DNA from: Thermococcus kodakarensis KOD1
GTDB taxonomy: Archaea; Methanobacteriota_B; Thermococci; Thermococcales; Thermococcaceae
DNA length: 32,000 nt
Assembly (NCBI RefSeq): GCF_000009965.1
Contig: NC_006624.1
Coordinates: 600,001 to 632,000, forward strand
Reading direction: 5' to 3'
The notes under the pieces are model-generated. The model was not told the origin of the DNA. It saw only the letters and a program-made list of their open reading frames with translations, and did not search any database. A program made the translations under genes and the position numbers. The first letter of the stretch is position 1, and every line of letters begins with the position of its first letter. Below are positions 16,634-24,745 of this stretch, one piece after another.

Positions 16634-16719
16634 TTTATCCCCCCATCAAAACCTGGGACGAAGGCTTTAAGTCTAACCCACAGCAAAAAAGATTTAGAAG
16701 CTATTTTGAACTCCCAACC

Positions 16720-17382
16720 ATGAGGCTGATAATCTTAAACGACAACGTTCCAGCTGAGGGTTTGCTAAACGACTGGGGATGGAGCGTCCTCGTTGAGGGT
16801 AGAAACCGCTTTATCTTCGACGCAGACACGAACCCTCTCGTCCTAGCCCACAACTCAAAGGCTCTTGGTGTTTCCCTCAACGACCTTGACTTTGCTTTCC
16901 TGAGCCACTGGCACTACGACCACTACGGTGGCCTTCCTTACGTGGGGGAGCTGAACCCTGGGCTTAGGCTCTACGCTCCACCTGGGAACAGGGCGATGGC
17001 CCTTAGATGGGGCTTCGATGTGATGGAGGTCTTCACTGCTGGAGAAATCGCCAAGGGCATCTGGACTTCGGGGCCTCTGGATGACTTCGAGCAGGCCCTT
17101 GGGGTGGAGACATCATCGGGCCTCGTCGTCATCGTCGGCTGTTCCCATCCGGGCGTTGATAGGCTCACGAAGGCCCTCCTGGATGTTTCAGGCTATGAGA
17201 AGGCTCACCTAGTCATCGGGGGTTACCACGGGCCGTCTAGGAGAACACTTGACAGATTAGCAGAGATGGCAGAGTTCATAGCGCCTGCCCACTGCTCCGG
17301 AGATTTCGCAAAAGCCTACGTGAGGAAAACCTATCCCGAGAAGTACGTGGGAGTGATGACGGGGAGTATCATCGAGGTCTGA
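16720..17382 (+). CDS. MBL-fold metallo-hydrolase (COG1237-like)
   Basis: The HxHxDH motif occurs in SHWHYDHYGG, and later His/Asp ligand positions (GCSHPG, PAHCSG) are present. Confidence 0.7.
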   Translation: MRLIILNDNVPAEGLLNDWGWSVLVEGRNRFIFDADTNPLVLAHNSKALGVSLNDLDFAFLSHWHYDHYGGLPYVGELNPGLRLYAPPGNRAMALRWGFDVMEVFTAGEIAKGIWTSGPLDDFEQALGVETSSGLVVIVGCSHPGVDRLTKALLDVSGYEKAHLVIGGYHGPSRRTLDRLAEMAEFIAPAHCSGDFAKAYVRKTYPEKYVGVMTGSIIEV

Positions 17383-17436
17383 GAACGTTCTTAAAAAGAA
17401 GAAAAAGAAAGCGGTGATGCCCCATGGCGTGGAAGG

Positions 17437-17883
17437 CTATGCTCTCACCTTAATCGGATTCTTTGAAACATCCTTAACAGGCAGGTAGGCTATTACTGAA
17501 AGCACCCCAAGGACGAGGTAAGTGGTCACGTCATCAAGTGGGCTCCAGCCAGCGAAGTCTTCGTTGTGAAGCAGGTACGCCTCTATTGCATCTGACCCCA
17601 TGACGAGCACCGCAATGAGTGCAAGGCCAATGCTCAGCAGTGCACCCACGTAGAGGTAGGAGACGCTCCTAAGGTCGCCCTCAACGGCCCTCTTGAGACC
17701 TGTTAGATAGACCGCGCTTATCGTGAAGAGGGCGAAGGCAGCGAAGAGGTCTCCAGTTGGAACTCCAATGACCTTGATCTCCTTTCCGAAGTAGGCGAGC
17801 ACCTCGATTATCCCACCGATGAGGTAGAGGAGGCCGAAGATCCCAGTCAGCCATTTCACCTGTCCAAGGTTTATTCTGCTCAT
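17437..17883 (-). CDS. Small polytopic membrane protein, translationally coupled to feoB
   Basis: The ORF extends to 18012, but that portion overlaps feoB. The ATG at 17883 (MSRINLGQVKWLTGIFGLLYL...) overlaps the feoB stop (ATGA). About four hydrophobic helices follow. Confidence 0.65.
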   Translation of the reverse strand: MSRINLGQVKWLTGIFGLLYLIGGIIEVLAYFGKEIKVIGVPTGDLFAAFALFTISAVYLTGLKRAVEGDLRSVSYLYVGALLSIGLALIAVLVMGSDAIEAYLLHNEDFAGWSPLDDVTTYLVLGVLSVIAYLPVKDVSKNPIKVRA

Positions 17884-19898
17884 AGGAACACACCCCCCAC
17901 CGCGACTATGAGCAGGGCCACTATGTACGCCAAGATCAGCTCGTAGGCCACCGCAAAGAGTGCCCACTTCCAGCCAGCTTCCTGCTTTATGACGGCTATA
18001 GTGGCAAGACACGGCACGTATATCAGCGAGAATGCCATGAACGCGTAGGCTGTTGCAGGGTTAAACGCTCCGCTCGCCGCCATTGCCTGTGAGATCGCCT
18101 GTTCATTATCCCCAACGCCGTAGAGTACTCCAAGTGTCCCGACCACGATCTCCTTGGCTATGAAGCCGAAGAACAGCGCCACCGCGGCCTTCCAGTCCCA
18201 GCCCATCGGCGCGAAGAGCGGCTGTAGGGCGTGCCCAAGCGAAGCCACCCAGGACTTTGCGAGCAGTTCTCCGTTCTCAAGGGCCTCTGAGCCGAGGTAT
18301 CCACTGGGTCCAGTCACTGAGAGCAGCCAGACCACGATGACGCCTGCGAAGATAACGGTTCCAGCCTTCCTGAGGAACTTCTCCGTCCTCGTCCAGGCAG
18401 TGCCAAAGATGGTTCCCCAGTTGGGCCTGTTGTATGGTGGGAGCTCCATCACGAAGTAGGAGGGCTCGCCCTTGAATATGAGCTTCCTGAAGAGCCAGGC
18501 TATGATGAGGGCGAACGCTATGCCGAGGAGGTACATGCTGGTGATTACCGTTCCTTCCCTCCCGGCGAAGAACGCTCCGGCGAAGACGGCGTATATCGGC
18601 AGCCTCGCTGGACAAGACATCAGCGGGTTCACGAGTATCGTTAGAATTCTGTCCTTCTCGTCTTCAAGGGTTCTCGTTGCCATTATTGCCGGGACGTTGC
18701 ATCCAAAGCCCATTATCATCGGGATCACGGACTTTCCATGGAGGCCGAAGTGGTGCATTACCCTGTCCATGACAAAGGCGGCCCTCGCCATGTACCCGCT
18801 GTCCTCCAGCCACGAGAACGCTAAGAACAGGAACGCTATCGGCGGCAGGAACACCAGGACGCTCCCGAGGCCGCCTATGATGCCGTCCCTGAGGAGAGAG
18901 GCTAGAGCGTCGTTCGCAACGTGTGCCCCGACTTCATCCCCGAGCCAGCTGAAGAACCAGTCTATAATATCGCTGAAGGGCGCCGAAACGTCGAAGGTGA
19001 ACTTGAAGACGGCCCACATAAGGCTGATGAAGATTGGGACTCCGAGGTATTTGTGGGTGAGAACCTCGTCCAGCATGTCGCTGAAGGTTATCCTATCCTC
19101 TTTCTTCACGATGGCCCGCTTGGCTATCTCCTCTATCAGGCCGTAGCGCTCATCCGCCAGTGCGAGCTCAACGTCCCCGTATTTCTTGTGGAGCTCTCCC
19201 GAGACGTTTATAAGCTCCCTCAGGATATCGTCCCTTAATCTGCTTTTCTCGACTATCCCCCTGGCCTCGTCATCGCCTTCGAGGAGTTTTATGGCGAGCC
19301 ACCTCGGGTTATAATTCCTTACCAGCTCGTCGTCCCGTTCGATGACCCTCATGATGCGCTCGATATAGGCTTCAAAGTTCGGGTACTCGATGGGGCGCGG
19401 CTTTCCCTTGATGGCTTCGACTATTTTTGCCTTGAGCTCCTCGATTCCCTTTCCTTCAGAGGCGACCATCGGAACTACTGGAACCCCAAGGGCCTCCTCC
19501 AGCTTCTTCGGGTCTATTTTGTAGCCCTTCTCTTCCGCGAGGTCCATCTTGTTCAGGGCCACCACGACGTTGGCTCCAATCTCGAGGAGCTGGAGCGTGA
19601 GGTAGAGGTTGCGCTCAAGGTTGGATGCATCGACGATGTCAACGACCACTCTGGGCTTCTCCTTCACTATGAAGTCCCTCGCTATCTTCTCATCAATGGA
19701 ATAGGCGGTTAGGCCGTATACACCCGGAAGATCAACGACCCTGAACTTCATCTCCTTGTATTCAAACTCTCCCTCCTTCTTCTCGACGGTAACGCCCGGC
19801 CAGTTGCCCACGTGCTGTCTAAGGCCGGTTAATGCGTTGAAGAGGGTAGTTTTACCCGCGTTTGGGTTTCCTATCAGGGCGATCACGACTTCACTCAT
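17880..19898 (-). CDS. feoB: Ferrous iron transporter FeoB
   Basis: The N-terminal G-domain has GNPNAGKTTLFNALTG, DLPG and NKMD. A large polytopic membrane domain follows. 672 aa. Confidence 0.95.
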   Translation of the reverse strand: MSEVVIALIGNPNAGKTTLFNALTGLRQHVGNWPGVTVEKKEGEFEYKEMKFRVVDLPGVYGLTAYSIDEKIARDFIVKEKPRVVVDIVDASNLERNLYLTLQLLEIGANVVVALNKMDLAEEKGYKIDPKKLEEALGVPVVPMVASEGKGIEELKAKIVEAIKGKPRPIEYPNFEAYIERIMRVIERDDELVRNYNPRWLAIKLLEGDDEARGIVEKSRLRDDILRELINVSGELHKKYGDVELALADERYGLIEEIAKRAIVKKEDRITFSDMLDEVLTHKYLGVPIFISLMWAVFKFTFDVSAPFSDIIDWFFSWLGDEVGAHVANDALASLLRDGIIGGLGSVLVFLPPIAFLFLAFSWLEDSGYMARAAFVMDRVMHHFGLHGKSVIPMIMGFGCNVPAIMATRTLEDEKDRILTILVNPLMSCPARLPIYAVFAGAFFAGREGTVITSMYLLGIAFALIIAWLFRKLIFKGEPSYFVMELPPYNRPNWGTIFGTAWTRTEKFLRKAGTVIFAGVIVVWLLSVTGPSGYLGSEALENGELLAKSWVASLGHALQPLFAPMGWDWKAAVALFFGFIAKEIVVGTLGVLYGVGDNEQAISQAMAASGAFNPATAYAFMAFSLIYVPCLATIAVIKQEAGWKWALFAVAYELILAYIVALLIVAVGGVFL

Positions 19899-20122
19899 CC
19901 TATCACCTCCACCTGAATCTTCATCGCCAGCCCCCTTCCGAGGGCGAGCTGTGTTCCCCTAACGGTTACCATCATCGGACCGGCCATTTGGTTCCTGACC
20001 ACGACTACCTCAGTGCCGGGCGACAGTCCGAGCTCCGCCAGCCTGTGGATTACTCCCCTTCCCCCGGCGATTCCCCTTATGACAGCCCTTCTGCCCTCTT
20101 CCACGAATGCCAGGGGCATCAT
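19895..20122 (-). CDS. feoA: FeoA-family protein
   Basis: 75-aa small SH3-like FeoA pattern (RLAELGLSPGTEVVVV...GPMMV). It overlaps the feoB start by 4 nt. Confidence 0.85.
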   Translation of the reverse strand: MMPLAFVEEGRRAVIRGIAGGRGVIHRLAELGLSPGTEVVVVRNQMAGPMMVTVRGTQLALGRGLAMKIQVEVIG

Positions 20123-20335
20123 TCACTCCACCTCTACGTAGTCCGCCTCTTCCTTCCGAAGTGAGAGCTTGTAGCCGCGAACCTCGACCTCTATCGGGTC
20201 GCCGAGCGGTGCCCTCTTCACGACCTTTACTACAGCTCCTGGAGTCACGCCCATAGTCAGAAGACGGGCCTTTGGGCCGCCCCTAATGCCCACGACCCTT
20301 ACGGTTCTTCCGGGTTCAACTTCGCTGAGCCTCAT
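20123..20335 (-). CDS. feoA: FeoA-family protein (second copy)
   Basis: The sequence reads MRLSEVEPGRTVRVVGI...RLLTMGVTPGAVVKVV...GDPIEVEVRG. The ATG at 20335 follows GGGGGTGG. The ORF-track start at 20353 is less likely. Confidence 0.8.
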   Translation of the reverse strand: MRLSEVEPGRTVRVVGIRGGPKARLLTMGVTPGAVVKVVKRAPLGDPIEVEVRGYKLSLRKEEADYVEVE

Positions 20336-20370
20336 TCTACCACCCCCATGCACAATTGCGTATATCGTGC

Positions 20371-20384
20371 TTAGGTATCCCTAA
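20371..20384. promoter_or_regulatory. Iron-box-like element TTAGGTATCCCTAA in the feoA 5' region
   Basis: It follows the TTAGG-N4-CCTAA pattern. It lies between the feo TATA box (plus-strand CTTAAATAAC, 20415-20424, read on the minus strand) and the feoA start at 20335. Confidence 0.55.
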
Positions 20385-20389
20385 CAACT

Positions 20390-20408
20390 TCAGAGTAGGC
20401 TAACCTAA
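20390..20408. promoter_or_regulatory. Iron-box-like element (minus-strand TTAGGTTAGCCTACTCTGA)
   Basis: By my count it matches the 19-bp DtxR/IdeR consensus in 16 of 19 positions. It lies immediately downstream of the feo TATA box. Confidence 0.6.
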
Positions 20409-20468
20409 CATTCCCTTAAATAACTTTCTGTTTGTAAAGAAATACTTGGATGTTTGAAAACCCAAGAA

Positions 20469-20487
20469 TTAGGTTAGCCTAATCTAA
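20469..20487. promoter_or_regulatory. Near-consensus DtxR/IdeR iron box TTAGGTTAGCCTAATCTAA
   Basis: It matches TTAGGTTAGCCTAACCTAA in 18 of 19 positions. It sits in the feo/mod divergent intergenic region. Confidence 0.7.
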
Positions 20488-20609
20488 CTAAAATGCTCCA
20501 AAATAGGTAGCATAGGTCAGTTGAAACCAAAAATGGATGGGTTTGAAAAAGAACTAAAAGAGTTTGAAATCACGAACAAGGCCACAGATTTGTTCCTTTT
20601 TTCGATTTC

Positions 20610-20623
20610 CGTGCATATGCACG
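20610..20623. promoter_or_regulatory. Perfect 14-bp palindrome CGTGCATATGCACG, followed by GCTTAAAAGC (TATA-like)
   Basis: It has the same GTGCATATGCAC core as 25229-25242 and is related to 31834-31847 and 7671-7684. It lies about 150 nt upstream of the modA start. Confidence 0.5.
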
Positions 20624-20709
20624 AATTAGGGCTTAAAAGCTTTTTCTTGTATCTTCTCTATTTTCAACTCCAAAACTCTGAGGCCTTGGTAAACACTTCC
20701 ACTTACTAT

Positions 20710-20740
20710 AAACATTTTTGTTTATCCAAAATGTTTAAAT
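20710..20740 (+). promoter_or_regulatory. modA promoter element P3: short version of P1/P2 with TATA GTTTAAAT
   Basis: AAACATTTTTGTTTA is identical to P1 positions 9604-9618. The following CCAAAATGTTTAAAT matches P2's TCAAAATATTTAAAA in 12 of 15 positions. The internal 18-nt unit is absent. Confidence 0.6.
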
Positions 20741-20769
20741 TCCAAATCCAAAACTTCTTCGGTGGTTCG

Positions 20770-21588
20770 ATGAGAGGCGTTAAAATCCTACTACTCGTCG
20801 GGGTTTTGGCTGGTATCCTCCTCGTTGCAGGATGCATCGGTTCTGAAAACGCCCCCGGGAGTTCGGAGAAAAAGCCCTTTGCGGGCCAAACGGTCGTCGT
20901 CTGCTCCGGGGCCGGCCTCATGAAGCCAATGGAGGAGCTGATAGGGATGTTCGAGAACGAGACCGGCGCCAAGGTTGAGGTCCACTACGGCGGGAGCAGC
21001 GAGATCTTCGGAATTCTTCAAACGACCTGCGGCTGCGACGTCTTCGTTCCAGGGGCGTGGTACTACACCCAGCAGGCGGCCGAGAGGGGCTACATCCTCA
21101 ACGGCACCGTGAAGAACGTCACCTACCACATCCCTGTCATAGCGGTTCCAAAGGGCAACCCGAAGGGCATTCACTCCCTCGAAGACCTCGCGAAGCCAGG
21201 AGTCAGGGTTGTCCTCGGCGACCCGAAGGCGGCCGCCATAGGGAAGGTGTCCCGGAAAGTCCTCGAAAAGAATGGCCTGTGGGAGGAAGTGAAGCCGAAC
21301 GTCGTGACTTTCACGCCGACGGTGAACCAGCTGCTCATCTACATAGCGACTGGTCAGGCGGATGCGGCAATAATCTGGGAGGACATGACGACCTGGGCGC
21401 AGTCAAAGGGCAAGATCGAGGTCGTTGAGATACCTTCGGAGCAGAACATCATCAAGACTATTCCCACGGCGGTAACGGTCTGCGCGGAGAAGGACGGCCA
21501 CCTTGAGGTTGCTAAAGCCTTCAACGGGTTCATAGCAAACCACACCGAGATCTGGGAGAAGTGGGGGTTCAGGCCATGGCGGGGCTGA
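20770..21588 (+). CDS. modA: Molybdate/tungstate ABC transporter substrate-binding lipoprotein (ModA-like)
   Basis: The ATG at 20770 follows GGTGG. The lipobox is MRGVKILLLVGVLAGILLVAGC. The pattern VVVCSGAGLMKPMEEL...VHYGGSSEIFGIL...DVFVPGA...IAVPKGNP is ModA-like. Confidence 0.75.
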   Translation: MRGVKILLLVGVLAGILLVAGCIGSENAPGSSEKKPFAGQTVVVCSGAGLMKPMEELIGMFENETGAKVEVHYGGSSEIFGILQTTCGCDVFVPGAWYYTQQAAERGYILNGTVKNVTYHIPVIAVPKGNPKGIHSLEDLAKPGVRVVLGDPKAAAIGKVSRKVLEKNGLWEEVKPNVVTFTPTVNQLLIYIATGQADAAIIWEDMTTWAQSKGKIEVVEIPSEQNIIKTIPTAVTVCAEKDGHLEVAKAFNGFIANHTEIWEKWGFRPWRG

Positions 21589-22373
21589 ACTTCAGGAGCT
21601 TGACGATTTCGGTGGCCTTCATCTTCACGTTCCTCCTTTTCGCGGCGATAGCGACACTCTTCCTCCTGCCGAAGCCCAGCGATGTGCTTGAGGCCCTGAA
21701 ATCGGAGGAGATGCTCTACTCGCTCAAACTGTCCCTGATCACGGCCTCGCTCTCGACCGTTCTCGTAATCCTCATGGGGGTACCGATAGGATACGCACTC
21801 TCACGCTTCAACTTCCCTGGAAAGAGCGCCGTCAAATCCATCTTAGACCTCCCGATGGCCTTCCCGGAGCTCGTCCTCGGTTTAGCTTTGCTCCTCCTCT
21901 TCGGCAGAACTCCTGTTGGTGAGGCCCTGAGCGACCTCGGGGTGAGGGTCGTCTTCACCAAGCTCGGCATAGTGGTCGCCCAGTTCTTCACGGCCCTGCC
22001 CTACGCCGTCAGGGTCATCTACACGACGTTTGAGGGGATAAGCCCGCGCTACGAGCTCGTCGCGAGGAGCCTCGGCTACTCCGAGTTCGAGACCTTCAGA
22101 AAGGTAACGCTCCCGATGGCGAAGAACGGACTCCTCGCCTCGACAGTCATCTCCTTCGCGCGTTCCATGGGTGCCTTCGGCGCGGTGCTGATCCTCGCGG
22201 GCGGGAGCTACATGAACACTGAGATACTGCCAGTTACGCTCTACCTGAATATCTCCTACGGCAACATCGGAATGGCAATAACGAGCGGAATCGTCCTCGT
22301 CGTCGTGTCGTTCATCGCGATACTCCTCACTGAGAGGCTGGAGGGTGGTGGAAGTGCCTCTGTTAGAGGTTGA
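21576..22373 (+). CDS. modB: Molybdate/tungstate ABC transporter permease (ModB-like)
   Basis: It is a polytopic protein with an EAA-loop-like segment ARSLGYSEFETFRKVTLP. The ATG is at 21576, with an alternative GTG at 21561. It overlaps the end of modA. Confidence 0.8.
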   Translation: MAGLNFRSLTISVAFIFTFLLFAAIATLFLLPKPSDVLEALKSEEMLYSLKLSLITASLSTVLVILMGVPIGYALSRFNFPGKSAVKSILDLPMAFPELVLGLALLLLFGRTPVGEALSDLGVRVVFTKLGIVVAQFFTALPYAVRVIYTTFEGISPRYELVARSLGYSEFETFRKVTLPMAKNGLLASTVISFARSMGAFGAVLILAGGSYMNTEILPVTLYLNISYGNIGMAITSGIVLVVVSFIAILLTERLEGGGSASVRG

Positions 22374-23409
22374 GAACCTCAGTATTGACCTTGGGGACTT
22401 CCATCTCAGGGACGTTTCGCTCTCCGTTGAAGAGAACGACTATCTGACTATAATAGGGCCAACGGGGGCTGGAAAGTCCGTCCTTCTTGAGGCCATAGCG
22501 GGCTTTTATCCGCTTCTAAAGGGAAGGGTCATACTTGAGGGCAAGGATATAACGAGGGAGCCGCCTGAGAGGAGAGGAATGAGCATCGTCTATCAGGACT
22601 ACGTTCTCTTCCCACACATGACGGTTTTCGAGAACATAGCCTTCGGCCTCAGGAAGAAGGGCCTCGTAAGGGCTGAGATCGAGAGGGAAGTAAGGCACAT
22701 AGCGGAGGAGCTCCACATAGACCACCTGCTCCACAGGAAGCCGGGGACGCTTAGCGGCGGGGAGCAACAGAGGACGGCCCTCGCGAGGGCGCTCGTCGTC
22801 AGACCAAGAGTTCTCCTCATGGACGAACCTTTTTCTGCCCTCGACTCCAAAACGCGCGAAAAGCTCCGCTCCCTCGTTAGGAATGTGATAGACGAGTACG
22901 GAACGACGGTCCTCCACGTCACCCACGACTTCGAGGACGTCTTTGCCCTGGCCAAGCACGTGGCTGTCATGAGGGACGGAAGGATAGTTCAGTTCGGCAC
23001 TCCCGAGGAAGTCTTCTCAAGGCCCGCAGACGAGTTCATCGCTGACTTCGTGAGAACCAACCTGCTCCGCGGGGAGGTCGTTGGGAAGGAGGGAGAACTC
23101 ACCGCCGTCAGGGTTGGAAACGTCATTCTTTATACCGCCGACGATGCCGAAGGAAAAGTGACTCTCTCCATTAGGCCAGAGGATATAATACTAGCGAGGG
23201 AACCAGGGGAATGCTCCGCCCAGAACGTCGTGCCAGTCCTCATCGAGTCACTGGAGAAGCGCGGCCACCTCGTCTGGCTTAGCCTATCCTCAGAGGGAGT
23301 TCCCCTCAGTGCCGTTGTAACGCCGAACGCCGCAGAGCTGCTCGGCATAAAGCCCGGCGAGAAGTTCTACGCCATGTTCAAGGCAAGTGCCCTGAGGGTG
23401 ATAAAATGA
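22345..23409 (+). CDS. modC: Molybdate/tungstate ABC transporter ATP-binding protein with C-terminal TOBE/Mop-like domain
   Basis: Walker A GPTGAGKS, signature LSGGEQQRTALARAL and Walker B LLMDEPFSALD are present. A roughly 110-aa C-terminal extension follows. The start is a GTG at 22345, with nearby alternative GTGs. Confidence 0.85.
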   Translation: MVEVPLLEVENLSIDLGDFHLRDVSLSVEENDYLTIIGPTGAGKSVLLEAIAGFYPLLKGRVILEGKDITREPPERRGMSIVYQDYVLFPHMTVFENIAFGLRKKGLVRAEIEREVRHIAEELHIDHLLHRKPGTLSGGEQQRTALARALVVRPRVLLMDEPFSALDSKTREKLRSLVRNVIDEYGTTVLHVTHDFEDVFALAKHVAVMRDGRIVQFGTPEEVFSRPADEFIADFVRTNLLRGEVVGKEGELTAVRVGNVILYTADDAEGKVTLSIRPEDIILAREPGECSAQNVVPVLIESLEKRGHLVWLSLSSEGVPLSAVVTPNAAELLGIKPGEKFYAMFKASALRVIK

Positions 23410-23820
23410 ACCCGGGGAGACTGTTTGAAATCTACCTCGGGAGGACTGTCCATACTTCGACGAGACGAGCGAGTTCCTGAGAATCGAGGGAAAAGGCACA
23501 ATGGAGATAGTCTCCAGGAAGGAGGGAATAGCAGCCTTCACGGAGGGGCTATCCTCCTTTCTCTTCTCCCTCAGCTTAAACGTTCGGTTTCTCCCAAGCG
23601 GGAGCGAATTTAAAGCGGGTTCAACGCTACTCCACGCGGAAGGTGATTTGGAAACACTCTTCAAGGTCTGGCGGGTTTCCCAGACCTTTCTCTCGATAAC
23701 CTGCGCGATAGTCACCGAAACTAGAAGGCTCGTTGAAAGGGCCAGGAAAGCGAACCCGGACGTTGTCATAGCAACGACTCGGAAAGCCTACCCTGAGAAG
23801 TTCGTGGAAGTGAGGGAGTA
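23406..23820 (+). pseudogene. modD: modD-like (NadC/ModD phosphoribosyltransferase-fold) gene remnant: frameshifted and 3'-truncated
   Basis: The ATG at 23406 overlaps the modC stop (ATGA). Frame A reads MNPGRLFEIYLG and stops soon after. The shifted frame continues as EDCPYFDETSEFLRIEGKGTMEIVSRKEGI...LHAEGDLETLFKVWRVSQTFLS...ANPDVVIATTRKAYP, which is ModD/NadC-like. Similarity ends near 23800, where the opposite-strand gene begins. Confidence 0.6.
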
Positions 23821-24360
23821 TCATCGAGCTCTGATTTCAAGGAACTCAACGAGGAGGTTAAAGAACCGCGTGGTTCTCCCCAAGGGAGTTATAAAGCGGT
23901 AGACCAGCAGTTCCTCCCGGATTTCTTCTCTCTGGAACTCCTTTGGTAGGCCATCAAACTTTCCGCTTCTTGAGAGCTCTTTTACAACCCTCCAGCCATC
24001 GGAAAAGAGCGCGTTGAAGTACTCCTTCAGCCACTTCTCGTCGATTCTCCTTACGAAGAGCTCCCCCTCCCTTGACAAGCGGTAGTAGGTGTGGTGCTTG
24101 TGGACTTCGAAGGCCTTCTTGAACCTCGCCTTACTTCTCTTTATCGCACTTCCAGAGTCTCGCTCCACCAGTCCAGCTTCCATCAGATCTCTTATTGCAT
24201 CTTCGATGAGAGAAAGGGGTAGCTCGCTCATTTTCACCATCATCTTGGCGTAATCCACTCCGGCTTTCTTAAGGTGGGCCAGGACGTAGAGGTGAACCGG
24301 AAGGAGTTCAAGGCCTCGGTACGAACCTGGGCGTTCTTTCTGCGTATTCCCTCCATCCAT
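23821..24360 (-). CDS. Winged-helix DNA-binding protein (DUF2250-like) with C-terminal extension
   Basis: The sequence HLYVLAHLKKAGVDYAKMMVKMSELPLSLIEDAIRDLMEAGLVERDSGSAIKR...EVHKHHTYYRLSREGE looks like a wHTH. The start is uncertain because there is a 53-nt overlap with the upstream gene. Confidence 0.55.
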   Translation of the reverse strand: MDGGNTQKERPGSYRGLELLPVHLYVLAHLKKAGVDYAKMMVKMSELPLSLIEDAIRDLMEAGLVERDSGSAIKRSKARFKKAFEVHKHHTYYRLSREGELFVRRIDEKWLKEYFNALFSDGWRVVKELSRSGKFDGLPKEFQREEIREELLVYRFITPLGRTTRFFNLLVEFLEIRAR

Positions 24361-24745
24361 CGCCGAACATCTCCTCGAGGGCTTTCTCCTCCTCGCCTAT
24401 GAACCCGAGCACGCCCGCCCAGTAAACGAGAGGAAGTAAGAGCATGAAGCCACCGAAGAGGAGAGAGAATCCCGGAATCACGAGAAAGCCCCAGATGGAG
24501 TATATCGGATGCCTCACCCTTGAGTAGCAGCCCTCCGTGAGCAGTTTCCCCTTCGAGTAAGCCCTTGAGACCTGAAGGTAGCAGAGAAACCAGAGGGAGA
24601 GGCCGAGGAATACCATCAGGAACCCAAGGACTGGAAACGCGAGAAAGCTAACCCCAAGCCTCTCGTCTAGGTAAAACGCCAGAACCGCATAGATGGAAGA
24701 AAGGAGGGCAACCTTTGGAAAGATGCCCCAGAACTTCATGTTCAC
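24308..24745 (-). CDS. Membrane methyltransferase of the ICMT/PEMT-like family
   Basis: It has four hydrophobic helices. The segments SRVRHPIYS and EEKALEEMFGDGWREYAERTPRFVP fit the isoprenylcysteine carboxyl methyltransferase-like pattern. A GTG start overlaps the upstream stop (GTGA); an alternative ATG lies two codons in. Confidence 0.65.
   Translation of the reverse strand: MNMKFWGIFPKVALLSSIYAVLAFYLDERLGVSFLAFPVLGFLMVFLGLSLWFLCYLQVSRAYSKGKLLTEGCYSRVRHPIYSIWGFLVIPGFSLLFGGFMLLLPLVYWAGVLGFIGEEEKALEEMFGDGWREYAERTPRFVPRP

Noticed and set aside
17884-18012. An N-terminal extension of the small membrane ORF, overlapping feoB.
   Set aside because: It overlaps the feoB coding sequence. The translation (HYSRHKAGSWLEVG...) is not membrane-like, and the ATGA-coupled start at 17883 is the more economical explanation.
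20521-20769. An 83-codon in-frame N-terminal extension of modA in the ORF track. An AT-rich stretch with no stop codon is somewhat surprising.
   Set aside because: The extension contains the modA TATA box/P3 element and the palindrome. A GGTGG Shine-Dalgarno site precedes the ATG at 20770. A lipoprotein signal peptide must be N-terminal. The extension's composition (FLFSISVHMHELG...) does not look like protein.
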